Shown in pieces: positions 10,642-22,281 of a stretch of 64,000 nt of DNA. The stretch lies in the NCBI GenBank assembly GCA_963842525.1, contig CAWJGT010000001.1, positions 256,001-320,000 of the forward strand, in the 5' to 3' direction. The DNA is from an uncultured Holophagales bacterium (GTDB taxonomy: Bacteria; Acidobacteriota; Thermoanaerobaculia; Multivoradales; UBA5704). Under the pieces are notes generated by a model. The model did not search any database, was not told the DNA's origin, and worked only from the letters and a program-made list of their open reading frames with translations. Both the position numbers and the translations under genes were made by a program. Numbering within the stretch: the first letter of the stretch is position 1; each line of letters begins with the position of its first letter.

Positions 10642-11330
10642 TGGCCGGAAGCACGGGCGGGCCGTACAGGTTCGTCCCCTACCGTCCGGAGCGGCTCCCG
10701 GACGAGGAGATGCTGCGGCGGGCGCGGGCTTTCTACGCGGAGATGAACAGGCGGCGCAGCGTCCGGTACTTTGCGCCCGATCCGGTGCCGCGCGAGCTGA
10801 TCGAGCTGGCGATCCGGACCGCGGGCACGGCGCCCTCTGGAGCCCACCGCCAACCCTGGCGCTTCGTGGTCGTGAGCGATCCGGCGCTCAAGCGGGAGAT
10901 CCGCATCGCCGTCGAGGCGGAAGAGTTCGAGAGCTACATCGGCGGGCGGATGCCCCCCGAGTGGATCGAGGCGCTCGCCCCGATCGGCACCTCGTGGCAG
11001 AAGCCGTATCTGGAGACCGTCCCCTGGATCGTCGTGGTCTTCGAGGAGCTGTACGGCGTCGACGCCGGCGGCGGGAAGCACAAGAACTACTACCCCAAGG
11101 AGAGCGTCGGCATCGCCTGCGGGCTTTTCATCGCCGCCCTGCACCACATGGGTCTGGCGACCCTGACGCACACGCCGAGCCCGATGTCCTTCCTCTCCCG
11201 CATCCTGGGCCGTCCCGCGAACGAGAAGCCCTTCATCCTCTTCCCCGTCGGCTATCCCGCCCCCGGCTGCGAGGTCCCGGACATCCACCGCAAGAGCCTG
11301 GACGAGGTCGCCGTCTGGGACCCGGGCTGA
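10641..11330 (+). CDS. Nitroreductase superfamily, iodotyrosine deiodinase-like
   Basis: RRSVRYF, TAGTAPSGAHRQPWRFV, IRIAVEAEEFESY, NYYPKESVGIACG, TLTHTPSPMSFL; ATG overlaps the upstream TGA. Confidence 0.85.
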   Translation: MAGSTGGPYRFVPYRPERLPDEEMLRRARAFYAEMNRRRSVRYFAPDPVPRELIELAIRTAGTAPSGAHRQPWRFVVVSDPALKREIRIAVEAEEFESYIGGRMPPEWIEALAPIGTSWQKPYLETVPWIVVVFEELYGVDAGGGKHKNYYPKESVGIACGLFIAALHHMGLATLTHTPSPMSFLSRILGRPANEKPFILFPVGYPAPGCEVPDIHRKSLDEVAVWDPG

Positions 11331-11341
11331 GGGGTGGCGGT

Positions 11342-12379
11342 TCAGGGCGGTGAGGGCCTTCGAGGCATCAGGCCCCGCACCGCCTCGGCCAGGGCCGCGG
11401 CGGCGCAGTGGTGCCCGGCGGCGGTCGGATGGTAGCGGTCGAACCGGAGCTTCTCCGGGCTGGCCTCGCGGCAGTCGCGGAAGGCAGGCCGCAGGTCGAG
11501 ATGGTGGAAGCCGTTCTCGCGGGCGAGCCTGGCGAGGTGGGCATGCTCGCGGCTGTGCTGCCTGTCGTAGAGCTTGGGGAGGTAGGGAAAGACCGCCAGC
11601 AGCACCTCGAAGCCGTCCTGCCGCGAGAGCGCCGCGAGCTCGGCCAGGAACGGGGCGACCGTGTTCCCGGCATCCTTTTCGGCCGCCGCCTCGGCCTTGC
11701 GCTGCCGGGCTTCCAGCACCCCGTAGCGCACGAACCGGTAGAGGGCGCTGCCGAGGAGCGCCCGCTGCGCTTCAGCCGTGGGCAGGAGGATCTTCCGGTC
11801 CCCCTGCGTCTCCCGCAGGGCGGCGAGTATGCGGGGGTCGGGCGGCCGGCGGTCGTTGTGGCAGTAGGCGACGAGCACGAGGTCAGGGTTGAACCGCAGG
11901 GCTCGGACGCGAAGCGTCTCCACCTCCTGCATGGTGTTGTAGCCGGAGACCCCGAAGTTGAGCACCTCGACCGGGAGGCCCTGCCGCCGCAGCCGTGCCT
12001 CGAGCTGGGCCGGGAACGTGTCCTCGCTGCGGCGGATCCGGTAGCCCGCCGCGATGCTGTCCCCCAGCACCGCGATGCGGTAGACCCCCGGCGGCTTCCC
12101 GACGGAGTGGTCGCGGTCCCGGTAGCCGAGCCGGTTGCTCCGGCCCTCGTACTCGAAGAACGACCTTGGGTCTCCCGCGAAGGCGAGGTCCGGCACCGGC
12201 TCGAAGAGCAGCCGGGGGTTGGACGAGAGCTGGAACCGCCCGCGGCGGACCGGCGCCACCTCGGGCGCCCCGGCGGCGCGCACCAGCAGCTCGCCCGCCC
12301 CGAGGGCGGCGGCGGTGCCCAGCGCGAGAGCCAGGAGCTTCTGGCGTCGAGACGAGGCCGGAGCGGATGGCGGTATCAT
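11342..12379 (-). CDS. Membrane-anchored SGNH/GDSL hydrolase
   Basis: LGDS, NFGVSGYNT, HND and DRYHP blocks; N-terminal TM helix. Confidence 0.85.
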   Translation of the reverse strand: MIPPSAPASSRRQKLLALALGTAAALGAGELLVRAAGAPEVAPVRRGRFQLSSNPRLLFEPVPDLAFAGDPRSFFEYEGRSNRLGYRDRDHSVGKPPGVYRIAVLGDSIAAGYRIRRSEDTFPAQLEARLRRQGLPVEVLNFGVSGYNTMQEVETLRVRALRFNPDLVLVAYCHNDRRPPDPRILAALRETQGDRKILLPTAEAQRALLGSALYRFVRYGVLEARQRKAEAAAEKDAGNTVAPFLAELAALSRQDGFEVLLAVFPYLPKLYDRQHSREHAHLARLARENGFHHLDLRPAFRDCREASPEKLRFDRYHPTAAGHHCAAAALAEAVRGLMPRRPSPP

Positions 12380-12485
12380 GGAGGCGGCGGGACGACCTGG
12401 CGCGACTTTTGAATCCCAAGAGCCTCGTCCGCCGCTCCGGCTCCGGGACGGGGCAGAGCGCAACTCGACAAGGAGGTCGACGATC

Positions 12486-12668
12486 GTGTCATCCTCGTTT
12501 GGAGTCTACCTGATCGGCTTTATCGTCTTGATCATCGGGCTGGCTGTGGGGGCATACCTGGCCGGGGCCCCGCCCACCTGGATCGCGGTGGGCGTCGTGG
12601 TGCTCCTCGGGCTCGGGATCCTCAAGGCCGTGACCCGCACGCAGGCCAAGACGCCGCCGGATCAGTGA
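12486..12668 (+). CDS. Small two-TM membrane protein
   Basis: AGGAGG RBS, GTG start, two hydrophobic segments in 60 aa. Confidence 0.7.
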   Translation: MSSSFGVYLIGFIVLIIGLAVGAYLAGAPPTWIAVGVVVLLGLGILKAVTRTQAKTPPDQ

Positions 12669-12698
12669 GCGGCTGAACGGCGAGGAGACGAGCCGGAT

Positions 12699-14461
<1,763 letters not shown>

Positions 14462-14549
14462 GCAAATCTCCGTGCTACGGCCGCCATCCCCGTCAACGGG
14501 GGAGCTCCTGAATCGAGCGCTCCTGTGTTCCGGTGGAAAGGGGTCAAAC

Positions 14550-15569
14550 CGATGGCACGGGAGTTTAGCAGCTTGCGCCGCCGTGTCCGCCACCCGGGCG
14601 GGGGTGATGTCCAGCAGGCAGGCCTTGGTCTCGCCGAAACGCCGGTGGCAGAAGCTGCATGGCAGCCGGACTCAGAGCGCCCGCTCCGGCGCGCCGTAGG
14701 GGCCGTTGCGCTCCGGATCGGTGGGTCCCATGACCATGAGCATCGGCGTGCCGAGGGCCTGGGCGAGGTGGGTGGGGCCCGATGTCGCCGCCCAGCACCA
14801 GGCGGGCCCGCGCGGATCAGGGCCGCGAGCGTCGGGAGGTCTCCGGCGGCCACGACCTGCGCCGCGCCGGCGGCCGAGGCCTCGACCCCGGCCGCCAGCC
14901 GCTCCTCGCCGCGGGCCGCCGCGATCCAGGTAGCAAGGCCCGTAGCATCCCGCAGGCGGCGGGCCGCCTCCCCCCAGCGCTCCGGCGGGTAGACGCTTGT
15001 TGGCCCAGCCGGCCCCGGGATGGAGGAGGACGAACGGCTCGCGGACTCCGCGCCGCCGGCAGGCTCGCCGCGGAAGAGCTTCTCCGGCCCGAAGTCCGCC
15101 GGCTCCGGCGGGATGCCGAGCGCATCGAGCAGCGAGAGCATCCGGTCCACCGCATGGACACCCCGCGGCGCCACCGGCTCGCTGATCCAGACAGCGGCTC
15201 GACGGCTCGCGCCGGAAGCGCCGGGCCGACGCCGATCCGGCGGTCGCTCAGGGTGAGCGCCGAGATCGCGCCCGCCTTGTGGTTGCCCATCAGGTCGAGC
15301 GCCACGTCGGGAGCGAAGCGGTCCAGGGCGGCGAGGAAGCCGCCCAGCTCGCGCACGGTGCGCGCCGAGAACGGCGCGCGGCGCCAGTGGCGCAGGCGCA
15401 CCAGGAGCAGCTCGTCGAGGTCCGGATGCCCCGCGAGCACGGGCGCCATCCCCTCCTCGACCACCCAGCCGATCTGCGCCTGCGGAAGATGCCGGCGCAG
15501 GGCCGTGAGCACCGGCAAGGCATGGACGACGTCGCCGAGGGCGCTGGTGCGGACGATCAGGACTCGCAA
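14550..15569 (-). CDS. waaC: GT9 glycosyltransferase (LPS heptosyltransferase I-like), several frameshifts and an in-frame TGA near 14673; 3' end approximate
   Basis: MRVLIVRTSALGDVVHALP, YPPERW, DLPTLAALIR, and LPCSFCHRR...CLLDI fragments. Confidence 0.75.
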
Positions 15570-15601
15570 AACGGCACCTATCCTCGCCCGGGGCTCTACG
15601 G

Positions 15602-16078
15602 CTACGGCAGGCTTTTCACCTTGGCGATCAGATCGCTCGTCGCATGGTCCTTGGGGTCGCCGACCAGGGCAGTGCGGCCGCCGTAGGCGCGGACGACCTC
15701 GTACTCGGGGACTCGCTCGGGGGTGCCGTAGTCCGTCCCCTTGCAGTGGACGTCCGGCTTCAGGCGGGCGAGGAGAGGAGCCGGTGAGTCGCCTTCGAAG
15801 ATGACGACGAAGTCGACAGGTGCGAGGGCGGCGAGCAGCTCGGCCCGTTCCGCCGCCGGGACGACCGGCCGCCCGGGTCCCTTGAGCCGCGCCACCGAGC
15901 TATCGTCGTTGAGCGCCACCACCAGGGCGTCGGCCTCGGCCCGCGCGGCCTGGAGGTAGTGCAGATGCCCGACGTGGAGGAGGTCGAAATGGCCGTTGGC
16001 GAAGGCGATCTTCTTCCCGCGGGCTCGCAGCTCCGCCAGCAGCTCCGCGAGAGCTTCGACGCTCAGGACCGCTCCCAC
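15602..16078 (-). CDS. hldC: D-glycero-beta-D-manno-heptose 1-phosphate adenylyltransferase (RfaE domain II)
   Basis: FANGHFDLLHVGH, LNDDSSV...KGPGRP, HCKGTDY motifs. Confidence 0.88.
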   Translation of the reverse strand: MGAVLSVEALAELLAELRARGKKIAFANGHFDLLHVGHLHYLQAARAEADALVVALNDDSSVARLKGPGRPVVPAAERAELLAALAPVDFVVIFEGDSPAPLLARLKPDVHCKGTDYGTPERVPEYEVVRAYGGRTALVGDPKDHATSDLIAKVKSLP

Positions 16079-17119
16079 TCGATCTCCTCGATGGGCCGGC
16101 GATCGCTCGCCACGGCGTGGCGCAGCTCCTCCGGCGTGAGCGTGGCCGTCCCCATCTTCATGACCACGACTCCGCCGGCGTAGTTGGCGAGCAGGGAGGC
16201 CTCCAGGGGGGCGGCCCCGGCGGCAAGGGCCAGGGCGAAGGTGCCGATCACCGTGTCGCCGGCACCGGTCACGTCCGCCACCTGGTCGGTGCCGTGGACC
16301 GGGAGGTGGGCCGATCCGCCGTCCTGGAAAAGGCTCATGCCCCGGCTGCCACGGGTGATCAGGAGGAAGCGCGCCCCCAGGAGGTCACGCAGCCTCCGCC
16401 CGGCCTCCTCCAGCCGATCGGGGTCGTCGTTGATCGACGATCCGAGGAGAGCCTCTGCCTCCTCTTCGTTGGGCGTCGCCCCGTCGAGGCCGGAGAAATC
16501 CCCGAGCCGATAGCGGCTGTCGCAGACCAGCGTGGCTGCGGGGCCGAGGACCTGCCGGATGTGCGGCAGCAGGCCGGGCTCCACGGTCGCCATAGCCGTA
16601 ATCCGAGAGGATCGCCGCCCGCACCGCGCCGCCCGCGCTCCAACGCTCCACGGCCGCAGTGAGGCGCCGGCGCTCCTCCTCCGTCAACGCGAGCTTCTCT
16701 TCGATGTCATAGCGGACGATCTGCTGCTTGATCGAGTGTTTGCCGCCGCCGAGGATGCGGACCTTGGTAGGCGTCCGATAGCCAGGCCGGACCAGGATCC
16801 CGTCCGTGGCAACGCCGCGGCCAGCGAGCTCGTCGAGCAGCTTGCGGCCGTGAGGGTCGTCGCCGACCAGGCCCAGGGGGAGCGGACGGCCACCCAGCGC
16901 GGCTACGTTGGCCACCGCGTTGGCGCCGCCGCCCGGCACCAGCCGCTCGCCCTGCCAGGAGAGGATGAGGACTGGCGCCTCGCGGCTGATGCGTTTGGGG
17001 ATGCCGGTGATGAAGACGTCGGCGACGAGGTCCACCAGCATCGCCACCGGCTGGCCCGCCATGGCGTCGACCAGCCTGAGCAGGCGGTCGGTGTCCGGAG
17101 GTGGCTCTCGCGGGGGCAT
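16063..17119 (-). CDS. hldA: Heptose 7-phosphate kinase (RfaE domain I, PfkB family), frameshift near 16590
   Basis: RISREAPV, PGGGANAVAN, ILSDYG, TPNEEE, DVTGAGDTV, VVMKMGTAT. Confidence 0.87.
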
Positions 17120-17172
17120 GGACGGGGCGGGATTGTAGCAGGGGAGGCGCGCGCACCGGCTAGAATGTCCGC

Positions 17173-19533
17173 ATGCTCCCTCCCGCGGTCCGGCAGGGTC
17201 TGGCGCTCACCGGGCTCGGGCTTGCTCTGGCGGCGCTGTCCGGCTGCCGCGACCGTGCGCTCCAAAGCTGCCGGGAGCTGGTCGAAAGCGGGCGCTACGA
17301 GGAAGGGGCCGCTCGCTGCGAGCAGGTCTATACCGAACATGGCGCCCCCGAAGCCGGTGTGCTGGCGGCGCGCGCCGAGTACGGCCTGCGGCAGGGCGAT
17401 CGGGTGCTGGCCTGGGCGGACCGCCTGAAGGGCAGCTCCGGAGAGGCAGGCGCCCTGGCTTTGGTGGGGTTCGTCCACCAGCAACGCGGCGAGACGGACC
17501 TGGCCGTTCGGGCCTGCCGGCGCAGCCTCGACCTGGCCCGTGCGTCTGGAGACCACGCGCGGGCCGCGGGCGCCTTCTACTGTTTCTTCCAATTGTCCTG
17601 GTACGGCTCCCAATATCGCGAGGGTCTCGACTATGTGCGCCAAGGCTATGAAGAAGCTGTGCGGGCGGACGATCGCGTGCTGCAGGCCAGTGCGGCCGAG
17701 TCGCTCTACATCGTCCTCCACACCATAGGGGATCAGGAGGGAGCCCGGCGCGCCCTGGACCAGGCGGACGAGCTCCTGCCGGCGAGCCGGAAGTTGGAAC
17801 GCACCCGGATCCTCGCCAACCGAGGCAGCCTGTTGATCGAGGACGGGCGGCTGGAGCTGGCACGCCACGATATCGCGAAGGCTCTCGCGCTGGCGGGAGA
17901 GTCTGCAACGCCCCGCTTCTACCGCTCGACCCATCTGAACCTGGCCGAGATCGCCCTGCGCCTGGAAGAGCTCGACCGGGCGGAGCACCACCTCGCCGAG
18001 GCCAAGAAACACCTCGAGCCCGAAGGACCGGGCCGCACGGCTTTCCTTTATTTGCGCGCCCAACTCGCGCGGGCCCGCGGTCGGCTGGACGATGCGGAGC
18101 GCTTGCTCCTTACGGCCCTCGCGGAGCAGCCGGCGGCCGACTGGCAGTGGGAGCTCGACCATGAGCTGGGAGGGGTGGAGGAGGCCCGTGGCAATCTCCA
18201 GGCGGCAGAAGAGGCCTATGCGCGCGCCGCTGCAGTCGTCGAGGAGATGCGGGACGGGCTCGGACTCGACAATGCCAAGGACTGGCTTTTAGAAAGTCGT
18301 CGCGTGCCGTTCGAATCCCTCTTCCGGCTTCAGGCCCTTGCCGGTCGTGCCGAAGAGGCCCTGGGCACCGCCGAGCGGGTGAAGACCCGGATTTTCCAGG
18401 ATGCGTTCCTCCAGGCCATGACCACCGAGGAGGTAGCTCAAGGGGAGGTCTGGACAGAGGCGGCCGACCGGCTTGCGGCCTGGCAGGACCTCCTGCCAGC
18501 TATGAACGAGTCTCCCGCTGCGTCACCGCGTCCGGTCGGCCAGGTGCTCGCCGCGATGAAAGGACGGTTCGCCCTGGTCTATTTCGCGGCGGGCGACGAG
18601 CTCTGGCTGCTCCGCGTGGCGGGCCGGGAGGTCCGCCTCCGCAAGCTCGCGGCCTCGCGTGCAGAGGCCGCGGATCTCGCACGCCGCTTCGCCGCGGATC
18701 CGGACGACCGCCGGACGGCCACGGCTCTGGGAGATCTTCTGCTGCCGTCCGGCACGCGGCCACCGAAAGGGGCCACCATCCATGTGGCCGCCGATGGCGA
18801 GTTGGGCCGCATCCCCTTCGCCGCGCTGCGTTCCAGCGAATTGGGCGGTCGGTGTTGGATCGAGGAGCACAGCGTCGCCTATATCCCTGGAGTGAGCCTG
18901 ATGGCGGAAATCGACGCGCGACCTTCCCGGACCTGGAGCCCGCCTGTGGTCCTGGCCGACGCGCGTGGCGATCTTCCATTCGCGGCGGCCGAGGCGCAGG
19001 AGATCGCGATCCTTCTCGGTGCCACGGCCCGGACGGGAAGTGCAGCCACGTCAGAGATCATGGAACAGAGCGCGCAGGCGAGCATCCTGCACCTTGCTAC
19101 CCATAGCGGTCTGGGCCTCGGAGGAGCATGGATACAGCTCGCGGACCAACAGGTAACCGCCGCCGCGGTGATCGCTCGGCGCCTCCGACCGCGCCTAGCC
19201 GTTCTCGCCACCTGCTCATCGGCCCTCCCTCCGGGCCGCTCCATGTGGGGATCGCTCGGTTCGGCGTTCCTTGCGTCAGGCAGTGAGGCCGTTTTGGCTG
19301 CTCTCTGGGACGTCAACGATCGGACGGCTCGGAAAGTTGTGCTGCGCTTCTATACCGAAGGCGGCGCGGCCGATCCGGTCGCCGCCCTGGCACGGGCCCA
19401 GCGCGCTTTCCACGCCGCGGGAAAACCACCATCATACTGGGCGCCGTTCGTGCTCCTCGGCGTGGACCGGCCGCCCTCTGAAAGCTCCCCTGGAGGGGAA
19501 GAAAGGAACAGCAGACATGCGACCCGCGACTAA
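17173..19533 (+). CDS. Lipoprotein TPR-CHAT (caspase-like) protease
   Basis: Lipobox LALAALSG-C; TPR helices; CHAT motifs DGELGRIPFAAL, LHLATHSG (His), VLATCSS (Cys), LWDVND, YWAPF. Confidence 0.88.
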   Translation: MLPPAVRQGLALTGLGLALAALSGCRDRALQSCRELVESGRYEEGAARCEQVYTEHGAPEAGVLAARAEYGLRQGDRVLAWADRLKGSSGEAGALALVGFVHQQRGETDLAVRACRRSLDLARASGDHARAAGAFYCFFQLSWYGSQYREGLDYVRQGYEEAVRADDRVLQASAAESLYIVLHTIGDQEGARRALDQADELLPASRKLERTRILANRGSLLIEDGRLELARHDIAKALALAGESATPRFYRSTHLNLAEIALRLEELDRAEHHLAEAKKHLEPEGPGRTAFLYLRAQLARARGRLDDAERLLLTALAEQPAADWQWELDHELGGVEEARGNLQAAEEAYARAAAVVEEMRDGLGLDNAKDWLLESRRVPFESLFRLQALAGRAEEALGTAERVKTRIFQDAFLQAMTTEEVAQGEVWTEAADRLAAWQDLLPAMNESPAASPRPVGQVLAAMKGRFALVYFAAGDELWLLRVAGREVRLRKLAASRAEAADLARRFAADPDDRRTATALGDLLLPSGTRPPKGATIHVAADGELGRIPFAALRSSELGGRCWIEEHSVAYIPGVSLMAEIDARPSRTWSPPVVLADARGDLPFAAAEAQEIAILLGATARTGSAATSEIMEQSAQASILHLATHSGLGLGGAWIQLADQQVTAAAVIARRLRPRLAVLATCSSALPPGRSMWGSLGSAFLASGSEAVLAALWDVNDRTARKVVLRFYTEGGAADPVAALARAQRAFHAAGKPPSYWAPFVLLGVDRPPSESSPGGEERNSRHATRD

Positions 19534-19891
19534 AGCAACAAACCCGGATCCGGAGCCGCTGACGTTCCAAAAACAGGGCCAGACCCTTCGGGTGACCAAC
19601 AACTCGGAGGAAGACTCCTATCTGATCTTCGCCAGCACCCTGGAAGGGGAGCCCAAGGCCATCCTATTCAAGGCAGGGACGGTCGAGATCGACCTCACGA
19701 ATGTGGTGAGCGTGACCTCGTTCCGAGTGGAGGGGGCCTCGAAGTTCGATCTCAGAGAGGAACGCCCGAAGCCTTGCAATCTCGCCAACTGCCCGATCCC
19801 CCCGGAGCCTCCGATCTTTGCAGCGTTCATGGTGACTCCGAATGGGCAACGCCAGGCGCGGAAGGGCCGCATCGACCGGATCCCACGCTGA
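19517..19891 (+). CDS. Small hypothetical protein (beta-rich, C-terminal CNLANCPIPPEPP)
   Basis: ATG after AGGA overlapping the CHAT 3' end; 124 aa with coding-like composition. Confidence 0.6.
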   Translation: MRPATKATNPDPEPLTFQKQGQTLRVTNNSEEDSYLIFASTLEGEPKAILFKAGTVEIDLTNVVSVTSFRVEGASKFDLREERPKPCNLANCPIPPEPPIFAAFMVTPNGQRQARKGRIDRIPR

Positions 19892-19950
19892 ATGCGGAGA
19901 TTGTTGTATTCCACCGGCCTGCGTCGCCTCATGAGCAGAGGAGGAGGCCG

Positions 19951-20604
19951 ATGCCGTCGAGGAGCGAGATGGTGGTGATCCCCTTTGATCCCGGGCGCGG
20001 GGCGCGCCGGCCGGCGAATTCCGGCGCGCACCCGTCGCACGGGGAGGGCCAGGCGTTGGAGCCCGAAGTCCTGGCCGCCCTGGACCGGAGAGACCGGGAC
20101 CGCGCCCTCGACCTCCTGATGCGGGCGTACGGCAAGCCCCTGTATCGCTACTGCCGGCAGATGCTGCCGGATACGGACCTCGCCGAAGAGGTCCACCAGA
20201 TGACCTTCGTCCAGGCCTATGAGGGGCTGGGCCGCTTCGCCCGCCGCTCCTCTCTGCGCACCTGGCTCTTCGGCATCGCCCACCACCGCTGCCTCGACGC
20301 GCTCAAGATCTCCCGCCGGCGGGAGCGGCGGTTCGAGCTGCGCGCCGAGCTGCCCGAGCGGCCCGTCCCGGGCGGGAGCGCGGAGGACCGGCTCACCGCG
20401 CTCTCGCGGGTGCGCGACCTCGCCCGCTGCCTGCGGGAGCTGGCGCCGCGGGCACGCGACGCCGTCCTCCTGCGCTTCCAGGAGGGGATCACCTACGAGG
20501 AGATGGCGAAGCTGTCCGGCGAGAGGCCGGCGACCCTTCAGGCCCGGGTGGCCCGTGCCCTGCCCGTGCTCCGGCGCTGTCTCGAGCGGAAAGGGGAGGC
20601 CTGA
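19951..20604 (+). CDS. ECF RNA polymerase sigma factor
   Basis: GAGGAGG RBS; AEEVHQMTF, SSLRTWLFGIAHHRCLD, LLRFQEGITYEEMA (regions 2 and 4). Confidence 0.9.
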   Translation: MPSRSEMVVIPFDPGRGARRPANSGAHPSHGEGQALEPEVLAALDRRDRDRALDLLMRAYGKPLYRYCRQMLPDTDLAEEVHQMTFVQAYEGLGRFARRSSLRTWLFGIAHHRCLDALKISRRRERRFELRAELPERPVPGGSAEDRLTALSRVRDLARCLRELAPRARDAVLLRFQEGITYEEMAKLSGERPATLQARVARALPVLRRCLERKGEA

Positions 20605-21290
20605 TGGAAGGGCGCCAGATGACGCGCTGCGACCGCTTCGAGGAGGAAGCCCTCCTGCGGCTGGAACAGGGCCTCTCCCCGGATGAGCTGGACGAGCACT
20701 TCGCGACTTGCCCCGACTGCCGCGAGGCCCGCGCCTTCTACGACCGGCTGCGGCAGGACGTCGCCGGCGCCGGAGTAGGCGAGGAGCCGCCGCCCGGCTG
20801 GCAGGCCCAGGTGCGGCAGAGGATCGGGCACCGGCGGACCTGGCGCCGGCGATGGGCCTGGGGGTTCGGCTCCACACTCGCCGCGGCGGCAGTTGCCTTT
20901 CTGATCGTGGCCCTCCCCCGGCCGGAGACGAGCCCGGCGCTACGCTTCGAAATCGTCGCCGGCGCCATGGCCCGGCGGGGCGAGGAGGCCCATCCGGGAG
21001 ACCGGCTGGCCCTCACGGCGCATCTCGGGGCCGCGCGCTTCGCCGAGCTGCGCGTCTATCGCGACGACCGCGAGCTCGTCTTCCGTTGCCTGGGAAGCCC
21101 CCTCTGCGTCCGGGACGACGGGACCTTGCAGGCGAGCTTCGAGCTTCCCTCCAGAGGGACCTATCAGGCTCTCCTCCTGCTCTCGCCAGAGCCCCTCCCG
21201 CCGCCCACCTCCGGCCTGGACAGCGACACTTCCGCCGCTCTCGATGCGGGAGCCGAGGTCCTCATGGCCCGGCAGGTCACGGTCCGGTAG
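20604..21290 (+). CDS. Membrane anti-sigma factor (zf-HC2, TM helix, extracytoplasmic domain)
   Basis: HFATCPDC (HxxxCxxC), TM WAWGFGSTLAAAAVAFLIVAL; start overlaps the sigma stop. Confidence 0.82.
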   Translation: MEGRQMTRCDRFEEEALLRLEQGLSPDELDEHFATCPDCREARAFYDRLRQDVAGAGVGEEPPPGWQAQVRQRIGHRRTWRRRWAWGFGSTLAAAAVAFLIVALPRPETSPALRFEIVAGAMARRGEEAHPGDRLALTAHLGAARFAELRVYRDDRELVFRCLGSPLCVRDDGTLQASFELPSRGTYQALLLLSPEPLPPPTSGLDSDTSAALDAGAEVLMARQVTVR

Positions 21291-21293
21291 CTC

Positions 21294-21872
21294 TCAGCTC
21301 CCGGTTCTGACCGCCGCCAGCGTCCGCTCGATCTGGGCGATGTGCTCCAGCGTGTGGGCGCGGAAGATCACGGCGTAGGCTTTCCAGTCGAAGTCGTGGA
21401 TCCATTGGACGGGAACGGTCCGGCCGTCCTCTTCCTGGACCTTGACAACCATGAGGACGGGGGTCTTGACGTCAAGGGAGGTGCTCTCCGAGGCGGCATC
21501 GAGAGCCGCGAGGTAGCCGCGATGGACCTCGCGAAGCCGCTCGAGCTGGTCCGGCCAGGTAGCGCCCAGAGGATTGGCCGAGAGCAGGCTCGCCGGAATC
21601 GGCTCCCCAGCGGGAGGAACGCCGGCGATCAGCGACCGGAGCTGCTCGACCGCCGGCCGGTGGCTCTCGACGAGATGGTCCACCACCTCCTGCACACACC
21701 ACCGGCCCGGGCCCGGCCGCACCCCAACCACCGCCTCGGGAAGGGAAGCGAGAAGCTCCTCGATCCGGGCGAACGTGCCGGCCACGCGCTCGCGGATGCT
21801 CGCCAGCGACGCCTCCGTCCCCTTCGCCCGCATATAGCGGAGGGCTGCTTCCTGCTCAGGGCGGAGGCTCAT
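21294..21872 (-). CDS. DinB-family protein
   Basis: WCVQEVVDHL and HTLEHIAQI motifs. Confidence 0.8.
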   Translation of the reverse strand: MSLRPEQEAALRYMRAKGTEASLASIRERVAGTFARIEELLASLPEAVVGVRPGPGRWCVQEVVDHLVESHRPAVEQLRSLIAGVPPAGEPIPASLLSANPLGATWPDQLERLREVHRGYLAALDAASESTSLDVKTPVLMVVKVQEEDGRTVPVQWIHDFDWKAYAVIFRAHTLEHIAQIERTLAAVRTGS

Positions 21873-22261
21873 TCTTCCCCCCGGTACTGCTCCTCCGAGA
21901 CCGGCTCCAACCAATCCGTGTCCAGGTCGATGTTGATGGCCAGATGGGCCATGGGGGCGTCCGGGGTGGCGCCGTGCCAGTGCTTTTCGCCGGCGGGGAT
22001 GTGGATCGTCTCCCCGATCCCCGCCTCCTGGACCGGCCCACCCTCGTGCTGGAACCGGCAGCGGCCCTCGACCACGACCAGGATCTGCACACCGGTATGG
22101 GTGTGCCAGTTGGTGCGCGCCCCGGCGGAAAACTCGACCCGGAAGACCTTGACGTTTGTGGGCGGGCCGGTTTCGGTCATCCGCCGGAGCGTCACCGGGC
22201 CAGTGAAATAGCCGGGATCGCCGGGCTTGCCTTCGATCTCGGTGGTGTTCAGGACGCGCAT
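21869..22261 (-). CDS. Cupin domain protein
   Basis: GARTNWHTH...QIL...GEKHWHGA...MAHLAI. Confidence 0.9.
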   Translation of the reverse strand: MRVLNTTEIEGKPGDPGYFTGPVTLRRMTETGPPTNVKVFRVEFSAGARTNWHTHTGVQILVVVEGRCRFQHEGGPVQEAGIGETIHIPAGEKHWHGATPDAPMAHLAINIDLDTDWLEPVSEEQYRGEE

Positions 22262-22281
22262 GCCCCGCCAGCCTTTCCGTA

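Noticed and set aside
14671-14675. In-frame TGA in GT9 as selenocysteine or recoding
   Set aside because: The context fits Trp (AL-W-VRLPC) in an error-rich stretch; other genes use TGA as stop.
17173-21290. Type III-E CRISPR Craspase locus
   Set aside because: No Cas7-11 or array; the CHAT protein has a lipoprotein signal and the anti-sigma is a membrane ZAS type.
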